From assembly GCA_018696395.1 (NCBI GenBank), contig JABHQR010000023.1, positions 15,180 through 79,179 on the forward strand: a DNA stretch of 64,000 nucleotides. Direction: 5' to 3'. The position numbers and the translations under genes were made by a program. Source of the stretch: an archaeon (GTDB lineage Archaea; Nanobdellota; Nanobdellia; Woesearchaeales; GW2011-AR9). Shown here piece by piece: positions 10,258-20,516 of the stretch (its first letter is position 1; every line of letters begins with the position of its first letter). Below the pieces are notes generated by a model that saw only the letters and a list, made by a program, of their open reading frames with translations, was not told where the DNA came from and did not search any database.

Positions 10258-11451
10258 TTAATAATTAATTACTATGAGATCTGAATTAGCATACAATACA
10301 CCAGCCATTGTATCTTTCATAACTCTCCTTTTAACATCAACTGCCCATTGATTAATCATTCTTCTTTTTTCAGGGATATTATTTCCATAAGCCATTGTTT
10401 CATTAGTATAAACCCTAAACATGTTCTGAATCTTTTCAACATTGAACCAACTTTCTTCATTCTTAAATAAAACTGAATAAGCCTCAACAACAGTAGTGAT
10501 TTCATTATTATTAAGAGAATTCATAACTTTGTGATTATCTCCACAAATAAATAAAGGAAGAATTTTTTCTAAATAAATACCCAAAACATTAACTTTTGAA
10601 TTTAAAAAGTCTAAATTAGGCATATGTTGAACTGCCCAATTTAGCTCATTTCCAGAAACATCATTTCTAACTAACCCTTTTATTTGATTAACAAATTTAG
10701 GGAAATAAATTTCATCCTTATACTCAACTAATAGATCACAAACATTATTGATTCTTGCTGCAGAAACTTTTTTTGATAAAACATCACCTAAACATTCATT
10801 CACAATATTTCTGTGATTATGTTTAGAAAATGTAAGTAAAGTGTCAATTATTTTTTCGTCATGATTAGACCTAAGTAATTCAGGAGGAAATTCCAAATAA
10901 TGTTTAGTCATATAACTATTACATTCTAAAAAGCCCAGATCTAATTCAGAAGTAATTAATTTTTCTTGACGATATATTTGGTAAAGTTTTAAAAGTTTAT
11001 TTACTGCTTTAAAATTAGCTCTTTGAATTATTGAATTTACTAAATTATCATTATAAAGCAAAAAACGATTCACATTTGAATCAAGAAAATTTGTAATTAA
11101 TTCTTTCCTAGAATTATGGTTAATCATCCCATTATAACAAATTTTACTAAGATCTTCGATAATCATTATCCCAAAATTAATTTCATTATCTCCTTCTGGA
11201 GATATTTGGTAAGAAACTTCATACATAAAATTAACCATAGAAATAGAAAGGTCTTTATCTTTATACTCATTGGTGATATCTACTAAATTCATTAATAAAG
11301 ACTTATTGACCCATTTTGGATTTGCAAAAGATTTATTGAAATCAGACAAATCTTCTTTAACATCATCATAACGTCCATCATTTTGAAACAAATTTTTCAA
11401 ACTATTATTAGCTTTTTTTACAAGTTCCCCTAGGGTTTGTTTATCTGACAT
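10258..11451 (-). CDS. Array paralog, 397 aa
   Basis: C-term NSLNNNEITTVVEAY...YTNETMAYGNNIPEKRRMINQWAVDVKR. Confidence 0.85.
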   Translation of the reverse strand: MSDKQTLGELVKKANNSLKNLFQNDGRYDDVKEDLSDFNKSFANPKWVNKSLLMNLVDITNEYKDKDLSISMVNFMYEVSYQISPEGDNEINFGIMIIEDLSKICYNGMINHNSRKELITNFLDSNVNRFLLYNDNLVNSIIQRANFKAVNKLLKLYQIYRQEKLITSELDLGFLECNSYMTKHYLEFPPELLRSNHDEKIIDTLLTFSKHNHRNIVNECLGDVLSKKVSAARINNVCDLLVEYKDEIYFPKFVNQIKGLVRNDVSGNELNWAVQHMPNLDFLNSKVNVLGIYLEKILPLFICGDNHKVMNSLNNNEITTVVEAYSVLFKNEESWFNVEKIQNMFRVYTNETMAYGNNIPEKRRMINQWAVDVKRRVMKDTMAGVLYANSDLIVINY

Positions 11452-12823
11452 TTATCATCTCACTAAAATTAAAATATTCCAACAATCTTCCTGGCTCCTT
11501 AGTTATCGTTCTAATCACATTATTTGCCCAACCAAACATTAATTCTTGTTTTTCTTGTAAAGAATTTAACTGTGCAAGTTCATGATTGTACACATCAAAG
11601 AAAATAGTTTCAATTTTTTCTTTGATAATATCAGGATTTATAGTTTCTGCATAAGGATCATTAAAACAGATAGTAGCATAAGCATTAAGAGAAATTTCGT
11701 AAGCTTCCATCAATTTTTCTTTTTGCTTACAATTTAATGAATTAGAATAATCTTTATTTGAGATTTTTCTATTGATAAGATATTCAAATGCAACATCAAA
11801 AGGAGACTTTTCAAAAATAAAAGTATTAACTTCTTGAAAATATTCTAAAAAAATTTTTTCTTTCTCTTTTAGATTATCTGTTTTTGATAATAAGGCACTA
11901 ACATTTAACATATTAAATCGTTCTATACTGTCGATGAAATACAAATTAAATTCATTTTCAAATGTAGATGAAGAATAAGAGATTTTAATCAAACTGATAT
12001 ATTCTGATAAAATACTGATACAACTTAAAGGCAAAGGACTAGTAAAATAATCTTCGCACACATAATTAGCACTGTTATACTGATAGAGATAATAATTCCT
12101 AAAAGCATTTGGATCTAAATCAGATAAATCAGAATAAGAACTTAACATTTCAGATAATTTAACAACTTGCTTTTCTCTAAAATCAAATACATTAATGATA
12201 TTATCAAATGTTTGTAATACTCTAAAGAAATCATCCCCTTTACTTTTAAATTTTTTAAGTTCCCTAAAAGCTAATTTATACTTAACATTATCCATATCTT
12301 GATTAGACCATAAATTTAGTATTATTAAAGCATTTTCATCGAATTCTTTACAATGACAAAAATCAAAAAATTCTAATAATGTACTTAACTCTCTTTTACC
12401 GGAATAATTTTTAATATAAGCACCTATTGAAGAGGTCATAATTTGCAAATTTGAAACATTTTTCGTCTTAGAATACTTTTCAACAACGTTACAAACCTCA
12501 TCAAATTTGAAATAATCTTTATCTAAACACTTACCAACATCACTTATAAAATTAATCGGAACATGAATGTTATCAACTTTTGACATTGCAATTAAAACTT
12601 CATTAAATCTATTTAACCTTGAACAATTTAACAAAGGCATAGGCCGAATCAAATCACTATGCCAATAAGCATGACCTAACATTGACAATTCTCTGACGTC
12701 ATATTTTTGGATATAAGAATCAACCATTTGATCAAATGTATCTAAGACAGTTTCAAGGTTAGAAAATCCTTTTCTAGAATGTTCAATTTCTTTTCTGATA
12801 TCTTCAAAATTAAACATAACCAT
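11441..12823 (-). CDS. Array paralog, 460 aa, apparently with two copies of the C-terminal domain
   Basis: LLSKTDNLKEKEKIFLEYFQEVNTFI followed by SNSLNCKQKEKLMEAY...LNSLQEKQELMFGWANNVIRTITKEP. Confidence 0.8.
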   Translation of the reverse strand: MVMFNFEDIRKEIEHSRKGFSNLETVLDTFDQMVDSYIQKYDVRELSMLGHAYWHSDLIRPMPLLNCSRLNRFNEVLIAMSKVDNIHVPINFISDVGKCLDKDYFKFDEVCNVVEKYSKTKNVSNLQIMTSSIGAYIKNYSGKRELSTLLEFFDFCHCKEFDENALIILNLWSNQDMDNVKYKLAFRELKKFKSKGDDFFRVLQTFDNIINVFDFREKQVVKLSEMLSSYSDLSDLDPNAFRNYYLYQYNSANYVCEDYFTSPLPLSCISILSEYISLIKISYSSSTFENEFNLYFIDSIERFNMLNVSALLSKTDNLKEKEKIFLEYFQEVNTFIFEKSPFDVAFEYLINRKISNKDYSNSLNCKQKEKLMEAYEISLNAYATICFNDPYAETINPDIIKEKIETIFFDVYNHELAQLNSLQEKQELMFGWANNVIRTITKEPGRLLEYFNFSEMINVR

Positions 12824-13949
12824 TCACCACCAAACTATTTTTGTACAGTTGACCATTCATATCAGCAAAATGTATCCCCTTAACTAAACCATCACACCAT
12901 TCCAAAATATCTCTTTTTCTTTGATTAGTATTATCTCCTAAACCTTCAACTTCTCGAAGAAATTCAATAAATTGTCTTTTAGCAGATTTATAACTCCAAC
13001 TTTGTTCAGGAAACCTTTCTCTAGAAAAATTGAAAGCAAAAGTAATTTTGTTAACTTCTCTTAAATTCATTGTATCTGCTAATTCTTGATTCCTGAATCC
13101 ATCACGAATATGATAAAAGTAATCATATACTGAATATGCTAAAAAATCATTTAAGTTGGATTGTTTGATGAGATAATCACAAACTTCCTTACCCAATGAA
13201 GAATGTCGCAGACTCCCAACTAAATATTTATTAAATAAATGATTAATTTCATCAAATTGGTTATTGTCCCTAGTTTTCTTTAATAATTTATTATAATCAC
13301 ATACAAAATTAAGAATATTTTCTCTTGAAAAACTTTTTAAAACTTTATGGACCTCATTATCACCCCCATAATTAGAATAAACTTCAATAATATTATTAAA
13401 AGTAGCATCATTACAATATGAAGAATCAAAAATTATTTTAAAAACTTCTTCCTGATATATTTCTCCATAACTGTTTAGGACATTGGTAATTTCTTTAGAT
13501 GCACACATATTTAATGATTTAATTATTTGTTTTTTGATATGACTAAAATTTCTTATTTTCTCAAGATATTGTAAAGAGCACCTATTTAATTTCTCAACAT
13601 CTTTATGACATAATGTAAATGCCCGAATATGATTTATTATTTCTGGATCATCACCAAACTGAACTTGTGACATCCTAAACACTTCTACCATACCACTAAA
13701 ACCAGAATCAGAGCAGATATAATCTTGTTGAAATGATTTTAAGAATCTTTGATGAGATAAAGAACTAACTGGAACTCTTGTCATGAAATCTTTGGAAGCA
13801 TAGAGAACATTTCTTAAATTATCTTCATTAGATTGTACTTTTTCAATTACTTGATCTAACGAAGTTGTAAGACATTCTTGTTCAAAAGGAGAGTAAGTTA
13901 CTGAGATCAATCTTCTTACTTCTTGTTCCAACACAGATAAAGAACTCAT
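12810..13949 (-). CDS. Array paralog, 379 aa
   Basis: N-term VLEQEV; C-term NQELADTMNLREVNKI...FIEFLREVEGLGDNTNQRKRDILEWCDGLVK. Confidence 0.85.
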   Translation of the reverse strand: MSSLSVLEQEVRRLISVTYSPFEQECLTTSLDQVIEKVQSNEDNLRNVLYASKDFMTRVPVSSLSHQRFLKSFQQDYICSDSGFSGMVEVFRMSQVQFGDDPEIINHIRAFTLCHKDVEKLNRCSLQYLEKIRNFSHIKKQIIKSLNMCASKEITNVLNSYGEIYQEEVFKIIFDSSYCNDATFNNIIEVYSNYGGDNEVHKVLKSFSRENILNFVCDYNKLLKKTRDNNQFDEINHLFNKYLVGSLRHSSLGKEVCDYLIKQSNLNDFLAYSVYDYFYHIRDGFRNQELADTMNLREVNKITFAFNFSRERFPEQSWSYKSAKRQFIEFLREVEGLGDNTNQRKRDILEWCDGLVKGIHFADMNGQLYKNSLVVNGYV

Positions 13950-14920
13950 CTCGCATCACATCCAAACATTAACCTAAGTTCATCATCATAAGCTCCGGAC
14001 TTAATCATACGCTGTACTTCTTTGCACCAGTAAGTCATACTTTCACGTTTCTGTTCTAAGGTTTCTCCGTAAGATATTGCTTCATTTAAATGATGAAAGA
14101 AAATATCATCGCCAGTTCTGATAACATAACTATATGTTGAAAGATCATTTTCAAAGTTATTTCTACAATAATTGATTACAAGATCGTGAGTAGAACTAGT
14201 AATAATCATTTCATCATAATTTAATTTATACTTTAAATCAGGATCATCAATAGAATATTCAAAAGAAATAATAAAATTTTTTAAATTTTCAAAATTATGA
14301 TGTTTTTTAAATTGATTTTCATGTTTAAAATTAGATCTTGGCTGCATAAATCCAGGAAACTTAATTAAGTAACTATTAAATATTTTAAACTCCCTTTCTA
14401 AACTTTTTTCTAAGATATTACAAGATTCTTTAAACATTTCATGATCATGAAAATTTCCCACATAGTTCATTAAATCTTTTAAAACACTAATTCCCTCTTT
14501 TTGATAACATAAATTTCCAAACATATAAATTACTGGTCCAACAAAATTATTAGTTCCAGCTGAAAGGTATGCATCTTTAAAATCATCAAAAACTTCCATG
14601 ATATCATAAGATATTAAATTACTAATTAGATTACCAGCAAATCTCAAATTACATTTTTTACCATTATCGATACAATGAGAATAAAAATAACCCAAATTTG
14701 TCAATTCATTTAAATCTTGATTTTTATCAAGGGATTGATAAAAACTATTAAATACTTCAAAAGGGATAATAATTTTATTTGGATTTTGAATACTTTTAAT
14801 CTTATCAATAAAATGATGATAAGAATCAATAGCTAAACTAAGATCAGAAGATTTTTCTTCTTTGAAAACTTCACGTACAAAATCCTCAAATTCATTAATA
14901 TTTTTTTCTAATAGGCTCAT
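13946..14920 (-). CDS. Array paralog, 324 aa (SGAYDDELRLMFG subfamily)
   Basis: N-term LLEKNI; PGFMQPRSNF; C-term FFHHLNEAISYGETLEQKRESMTYWCKEVQRMIKSGAYDDELRLMFG. Confidence 0.87.
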   Translation of the reverse strand: MSLLEKNINEFEDFVREVFKEEKSSDLSLAIDSYHHFIDKIKSIQNPNKIIIPFEVFNSFYQSLDKNQDLNELTNLGYFYSHCIDNGKKCNLRFAGNLISNLISYDIMEVFDDFKDAYLSAGTNNFVGPVIYMFGNLCYQKEGISVLKDLMNYVGNFHDHEMFKESCNILEKSLEREFKIFNSYLIKFPGFMQPRSNFKHENQFKKHHNFENLKNFIISFEYSIDDPDLKYKLNYDEMIITSSTHDLVINYCRNNFENDLSTYSYVIRTGDDIFFHHLNEAISYGETLEQKRESMTYWCKEVQRMIKSGAYDDELRLMFGCDAR

Positions 14921-15894
14921 TTATCCTCACCCCCTGCTCCAAACATTAATCTAATCTCGTCATCATAAGAACCAGATTTAATCATACGTTTTACCTCTTT
15001 ACACCAGTAAGTCATGCTTTGACGTTTTACATCCAAAGTTTCCCCATAAGAGATAGATTTGTTTAAATTGTTAAAGAAAAGGTCTTCAGCTTCATCATAA
15101 CTATCAATTAAATGTTCACTAAAATGACCATATACCTGTTGAAGATAAACCATAATTAATTCACGAGTTTCTTTAATTAAATTCATTTCCAAGTAAGAGA
15201 CCTTATGCTTCAATTCATAATCTGATATAAATAGTTCAAATTCGTTATAAAATGGAGCTAATTCTTTTAAATTAACTAAATTATTAACATCATCAGATTT
15301 TTTATATAATAAAATTTCAGGAACTTTTGACAAACAACTTGTAAAAAAGTTAGTACTACCACCAAGATAATTTATAGATAAAGACAATTTATTAGCAATT
15401 GGTTCAAAATGATTATGATCATGATAATCAATTATGAAAGAATAATATTGTTTTAATGCTTTTGAATTTCCTACATTAATTAATTTAATTATTATATCTT
15501 CTAAAAGGATATCAGTCCTAATTATATCTTCAATTTCAAAGTAAGATTCGGAAAAATCATCAAAACTTTCTTTTATAAGATTTTTATTTTGAAAAATTCT
15601 TACAAACCTTGAAGCATATGTTAAACTAGTACCCTTATCAACACAAGAATTGTAAAAGTCACATAACTTTAAAATCTCTTCAGAATCTTGGTGTTCTTTT
15701 GCAGATATACGTAAACTCGATACTAACAAATCTAAATTTGAACGTTTATATTCTCGTTCAATTAATTTTTCTGATAAATCACCATAAGATTTTAAAACTT
15801 TGATCAGTTCTAAAGATGAACAATTTTCAAGATGAGAGGTCATGAAATGTTTATTTTCTTCAAGTGCTTTTCCTAAATCCATGAAGTCAGCCAT
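14917..15894 (-). CDS. Array paralog, 325 aa (SGAYDDELRLMFG subfamily)
   Basis: C-term FFNNLNKSISYGETLDVKRQSMTYWCKEVKRMIKSGSYDDEIRLMFG. Confidence 0.87.
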   Translation of the reverse strand: MADFMDLGKALEENKHFMTSHLENCSSLELIKVLKSYGDLSEKLIEREYKRSNLDLLVSSLRISAKEHQDSEEILKLCDFYNSCVDKGTSLTYASRFVRIFQNKNLIKESFDDFSESYFEIEDIIRTDILLEDIIIKLINVGNSKALKQYYSFIIDYHDHNHFEPIANKLSLSINYLGGSTNFFTSCLSKVPEILLYKKSDDVNNLVNLKELAPFYNEFELFISDYELKHKVSYLEMNLIKETRELIMVYLQQVYGHFSEHLIDSYDEAEDLFFNNLNKSISYGETLDVKRQSMTYWCKEVKRMIKSGSYDDEIRLMFGAGGEDK

Positions 15895-15895
15895 T

Positions 15896-16897
15896 TTAGT
15901 TATATCCTCTTATCATTAATTGTTGCAATAAAAGTCCGTTGGAAGCATCTTTCTTGATTAGTCTCTGCACATCATAACAAAAAGACATGGTATTATTGAT
16001 CTTTGCAGATTCAGTATCACCAATTTCCATCACTTGATTTAAATGTTGAAAAAGAATATCCCTAGCGGGCAAAAATAATTTTGAGAATCTACCTGACGTA
16101 CCTTCTAATAGATCATAAGTTTCCATCATAGTTTTAATTTGTTTCATGTTTAATGAATATTTAAGTTCAGAATCAATGTTATTTTTAATCTTCAAACAGT
16201 AATCCATGAAGGGACAAATATCAACTATTTTAATATTTTCATAATCTCTAGAGTCATAGATTAGAGTAATTAAATTAGAAGTTGCAAAATTTTCTTTAAT
16301 TGTATCATGATAAAGTTTAGCTTCTTTTTCATTTAGTATTTCTAGATCACCTTCCAAAAGCATCGGTAAAAAATCAACACTATCATGAAAATCACCTTCT
16401 TCAATTTTATTTAAGATTAATTTTAATACTGAATATACTTCACCTTTAAATTCAACTGAGTCATATTTTTCTAAAATTAATAGAGTTTTATCAAGATAAT
16501 CCAAATCACTTTCTGGGGTTATATTTTCTAAGGTAATTGCTTGAAGTGGAAGGTTGATATAATATTTTAAATTATCATTAAACCTATTTTTACTAATCAA
16601 ATTATTAATTTTTACAGAAAAATCAGACTCACCCATAGTAAATAAAAATTGATTAATTATAGCAATTTCAGAGGTATATGGGGAATCTTTAAAATTTGTT
16701 AGAACTGATTCTAACCCTTTAAGATAATTAAATATTATATTCCGATCACAATCACCTAAATGTACCACACCATAAAATAATTCACTTTTAATAAAGGTAC
16801 ATTCTGGATAAATTGAAGATAATTTGTGAATAGACGCATAAAACTTCATTATTCCTTCTTCGATCACAGTTTCTAAACTGTTAAAATCTTTTGTCAT
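15896..16897 (-). CDS. Array paralog, 333 aa (same subfamily as 5197-6270)
   Basis: N-term SLETVI; LIYDSRDYENI...KYSLNMKQIKTMMETYDL...FQHLNQVMEIGD...MSFCYDVQRLIKKD. Confidence 0.85.
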   Translation of the reverse strand: MTKDFNSLETVIEEGIMKFYASIHKLSSIYPECTFIKSELFYGVVHLGDCDRNIIFNYLKGLESVLTNFKDSPYTSEIAIINQFLFTMGESDFSVKINNLISKNRFNDNLKYYINLPLQAITLENITPESDLDYLDKTLLILEKYDSVEFKGEVYSVLKLILNKIEEGDFHDSVDFLPMLLEGDLEILNEKEAKLYHDTIKENFATSNLITLIYDSRDYENIKIVDICPFMDYCLKIKNNIDSELKYSLNMKQIKTMMETYDLLEGTSGRFSKLFLPARDILFQHLNQVMEIGDTESAKINNTMSFCYDVQRLIKKDASNGLLLQQLMIRGYN

Positions 16898-17877
16898 TAA
16901 CCCTTCACCTCAAAAAAATGTTTAAAGAAATAATTATCAAAAGTACCATTAATGACTAATCTTTCAACTTCTCTAAACCATTCAAATAATAATCTTCTTT
17001 GAATATATTGTTCATTACTAAGATCAATCACTTGATTCAAAGACCCATTAAAAATATTTTTGCCTTGATCTTTCCATTCATCTTGTTCATGTAAATATTG
17101 TAATTTATTGAGATTAAGTTGATTAATAACTAAATCATAAGATCTCATAATTTTGTTTACATCTTTAATAGTTAAATATTCTTCAAAATCTTTATTTTCT
17201 ATTGAAGGCATTACATTGAAATAATAAGAAGCGTAAGTATCAGGTTGAAGAGATTTAATTTCTTTCCTAGAAACAACATCTTTAATAATCTTACCCAAAT
17301 CAACTCTAACTTTATAATCAACATTAAATATCTCAATCAATTCTAAAACTTGAAGTTTATTTTTTTCATCTTTACATATCGACAAAGCATTAATTGTTTC
17401 AACCTGATAATTAATATTACCATAAATTCTTCTAAGGGTACTAAGAAATTTATCTTTACAATCATCACCGAAATAATAAGGGGATAAATCATAAACTTGA
17501 TACAAATCATCATGTTTCCAAGATTCATTTAAATTAAGTAATTTAGAAAAACCAAGAAACTCCTTGCTTGATAAAGAATTTAGTTTATTTGATTCTATTA
17601 AAAAGTCACAATATTTAGAAAAATGTTCTAAATTAACTTTTATCACTGGAAATGTAAAATAACCTAAAACACTATCTAAATGATTAGAATCAAAATTTTC
17701 ATCTTCAGTATAAAAATTAATTACTTTCTGGAATTCTTGTAAATAAGGTTTATGTTTACCCCATAACCGACTTATTGGGAATTTTCTTTTAATATCTCTT
17801 TCAATTCTACTTAAATAAGCATCAATAGTACCCCCACCATCAAACTCAGATCTGTCGCGATTATATGTTAATTTCAT
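16897..17877 (-). CDS. Array paralog, 326 aa
   Basis: C-term IENKDFEEYLTIKDVNKIMRSYDL...FNGSLNQVIDLSNEQYIQRRLLFEWFREVERLV. Confidence 0.85.
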   Translation of the reverse strand: MKLTYNRDRSEFDGGGTIDAYLSRIERDIKRKFPISRLWGKHKPYLQEFQKVINFYTEDENFDSNHLDSVLGYFTFPVIKVNLEHFSKYCDFLIESNKLNSLSSKEFLGFSKLLNLNESWKHDDLYQVYDLSPYYFGDDCKDKFLSTLRRIYGNINYQVETINALSICKDEKNKLQVLELIEIFNVDYKVRVDLGKIIKDVVSRKEIKSLQPDTYASYYFNVMPSIENKDFEEYLTIKDVNKIMRSYDLVINQLNLNKLQYLHEQDEWKDQGKNIFNGSLNQVIDLSNEQYIQRRLLFEWFREVERLVINGTFDNYFFKHFFEVKG

Positions 17878-17905
17878 TTTTTATTATATTTGATTATTTT
17901 AAAAT

Positions 17906-19195
17906 TCATACCGCCTCTAATGAAAAATATTTCACCAATTCATTATGCTCTTTCCTGGACATCTTAATAACCTCTTCACACCATAAGTTAATTCCATCTT
18001 TTTGTTCAGAGAAAGTATTGTATAAAGAGATTAGTTCATCAAATGCTGCAAAGAATAGTTCAGTGAATTTTTCTTTTCCAAAGTAGCTATCACTTCCTAA
18101 GACTCCTATTGAAACATTATGTGCTTGGACTAAACTATTAATTTCTTTATTAGTTAAAGAATATTTTAAAGGATCAGCGATATGCCCATGAAAATTAGCA
18201 TAAAAATAAGCAAAAGTTTCACCCCTCAAAGTACCATTAATAGAGTTTATATTTTTGTGATTTTCAAGATTTTTAAGACAATCATAAACTTGATATACAG
18301 AATCTCCATACTTTATGAATTGATTTAAAATTTCTACTCTAAAATTATAATTATCTGAATAAAAATGATTATTCAGTTCAGAAATAATACGATAAGTTCC
18401 TCTTCTAGCTTTTGTTTTAGCAATATTATCTAATAAGTTAAAAGTCATACCAAATTTATCAGTGTTGATAGATTTATCAAACAAACTCATTCTTAACCTA
18501 GGATCATAACGTAAATTCAAATCAAAAATAAATAACATATTTACAATTTCAGGGAAATTCCCATGATCTTTATGTTTGTAAATGAAATTAAGATATTTAT
18601 CAAAAACACCTAAATCTTTGGTTGCGTCAGGAGCATGTTCATCAAAGTCTGGATCGTCCTCCCTCTTGTTTTTAATTTCCCATTCACCTAAGTTATAATG
18701 AGAAGCTTTAGTTAAAGAATTAATTATAATTTCAAGAGATTCAGTATCTTTAAAATCAATTGCTACTTGACAAGTTTTAGTAGTATAATCTGAATTTTTT
18801 ATAAAGTGAGCAACTGCATCAATATTTTGAGCTATTCCCTGAATTTCTTTTTTTCCTTTAAATTGATACAAAGTATCAATACAATTAATTATTACATTAA
18901 TATCTTCTTTTCTACAACTAATATAATGAATTGGATTTAAAATACTGCTTAAAATTTTACTAGAATTAGATTCACCATTGTTATAAAAATCAAGTAGTTC
19001 ATTAAGTTGAATTATAGCATTATTAGTTTCATTAATATCATTAACACTATTATTTTCATTAGTTATGTCATTGAATCTTTTAGAAACTTTATTTTTTACC
19101 ATAACCATTTTAGGATAATTTAATTTATCGATTATATCTAACCTCATATTTTCATCCATTGAATCTTCTAATACCATTTTAAACAGCCACCCCAA
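17906..19195 (-). CDS. Array paralog, ~423-429 aa (start may be the internal ATG of MVLEDSM)
   Basis: C-term IADPLKYSLTNKEINSLVQAH...FFAAFDELISLYNTFSEQKDGINLWCEEVIK. Confidence 0.85.
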   Translation of the reverse strand: MGWLFKMVLEDSMDENMRLDIIDKLNYPKMVMVKNKVSKRFNDITNENNSVNDINETNNAIIQLNELLDFYNNGESNSSKILSSILNPIHYISCRKEDINVIINCIDTLYQFKGKKEIQGIAQNIDAVAHFIKNSDYTTKTCQVAIDFKDTESLEIIINSLTKASHYNLGEWEIKNKREDDPDFDEHAPDATKDLGVFDKYLNFIYKHKDHGNFPEIVNMLFIFDLNLRYDPRLRMSLFDKSINTDKFGMTFNLLDNIAKTKARRGTYRIISELNNHFYSDNYNFRVEILNQFIKYGDSVYQVYDCLKNLENHKNINSINGTLRGETFAYFYANFHGHIADPLKYSLTNKEINSLVQAHNVSIGVLGSDSYFGKEKFTELFFAAFDELISLYNTFSEQKDGINLWCEEVIKMSRKEHNELVKYFSLEAV

Positions 19196-20516
19196 TTAAT
19201 CTTTGGTTAATTTTCTGCATTTCAGTCATACCATTCCCATAATTTATCTGGTAACTATTTGGATCTTTGATTAATCTGTAAGTGTCAATTGACCAAGCAT
19301 TAATCATCATTACTTTTTCTTTTTGTGTGTTGCCTAAACTTGCTGCAGAATCTAAATAAGCACAGAACTGTTCAGAAAAATCAAAGCCAAACATTCTTGT
19401 TCTTTTACCATTTTTACTTCTTTTTGTGGGAGAAAACATATAATTATAGCTGACTTGATAAGCCTTCACGAGATTATTAATTACTCTAATTGGCAGATTA
19501 TATTCTAAATCTTGATCTTTAAAATTAATATTTTTAATATAAAATTTAATCACATTAGGGTCCCAATTTTCCCAATCATTAACCGCTTGAGATAATTTAA
19601 TTAATTTAAGAATTTCTCTATCTTTATAGTGTTTAATGTTATGGTAATGAAATGCTCTTGCTTTATTTGGTTTATAATTTATGATATTATTTCCTTCAAA
19701 AACATTACAAGTTTGTTTAACAAAATAATCATTTTCAAATGCAATTACACTCCCAATAGCTTTCATAACATCATTTGAAGGAGAATTAAAACAATCAGAA
19801 CTTTCATAAGGAATAACTGTTTTTTTTATTAAATCGTTATTTTTTCTAATTAAAATAAGTCTCTTTTTGAAATCTTCATGAAAATTAAAAGAACGCTTTG
19901 ACAAACCAGAAGATAATTCATTAACTAAAGGAACAAAAGACACAAGATCTTTGAAAGAAAATAATGTTTTGAACAAATCTTTAGCAAGTTTTGGACAAGT
20001 AATTAATTCACTTAATTCTTCAAATGACATACTCAACATATAAAGGATATTATCATGATGATTTAAATCTTTGAAAAGTTCAGTTGCAGGACCAATAAAA
20101 TCAAGATTTAATTCTTTATAATCTTGGTTACCTTGACCAACATATTTAGCCATGCTGAGATAAATGCTAGTTACTGAATGAAGAAAACCAGTAGTTCTAG
20201 AATGAGGATAATTTTCAGATACAAAATCTTTAACCTGATTTTGAGATAAGATATGACATAATGCTTTGAAATCTTCCTTATGTGTGACTCTATTTCTGGA
20301 CCGCTCAAAATGAGATGCAATACAGGTAAGTGGAATATTTGGAATTTGATCAGAATCTAGATTATTAAAATTTGAATATTGAGAAATAACTTCATCATAT
20401 TTTGGTTTTAATTCTCTTCTTAATTTTTTCTTACTAGCAATAGGTACATTAATACGCCTGATTGAATATTTAAAACAATCGTTTAAGAAATCATCCAAAG
20501 AACTCATCTCACACAA
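19179..20516 (-). CDS. Array paralog, ~442-445 aa
   Basis: N-term SSLDDFL; C-term KDQDLEYNLPIRVINNLVKAY...FCAYLDSAASLGNTQKEKVMMINAWSIDTYRLIKDP. Confidence 0.85.
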   Translation of the reverse strand: MCEMSSLDDFLNDCFKYSIRRINVPIASKKKLRRELKPKYDEVISQYSNFNNLDSDQIPNIPLTCIASHFERSRNRVTHKEDFKALCHILSQNQVKDFVSENYPHSRTTGFLHSVTSIYLSMAKYVGQGNQDYKELNLDFIGPATELFKDLNHHDNILYMLSMSFEELSELITCPKLAKDLFKTLFSFKDLVSFVPLVNELSSGLSKRSFNFHEDFKKRLILIRKNNDLIKKTVIPYESSDCFNSPSNDVMKAIGSVIAFENDYFVKQTCNVFEGNNIINYKPNKARAFHYHNIKHYKDREILKLIKLSQAVNDWENWDPNVIKFYIKNINFKDQDLEYNLPIRVINNLVKAYQVSYNYMFSPTKRSKNGKRTRMFGFDFSEQFCAYLDSAASLGNTQKEKVMMINAWSIDTYRLIKDPNSYQINYGNGMTEMQKINQRLIGVAV

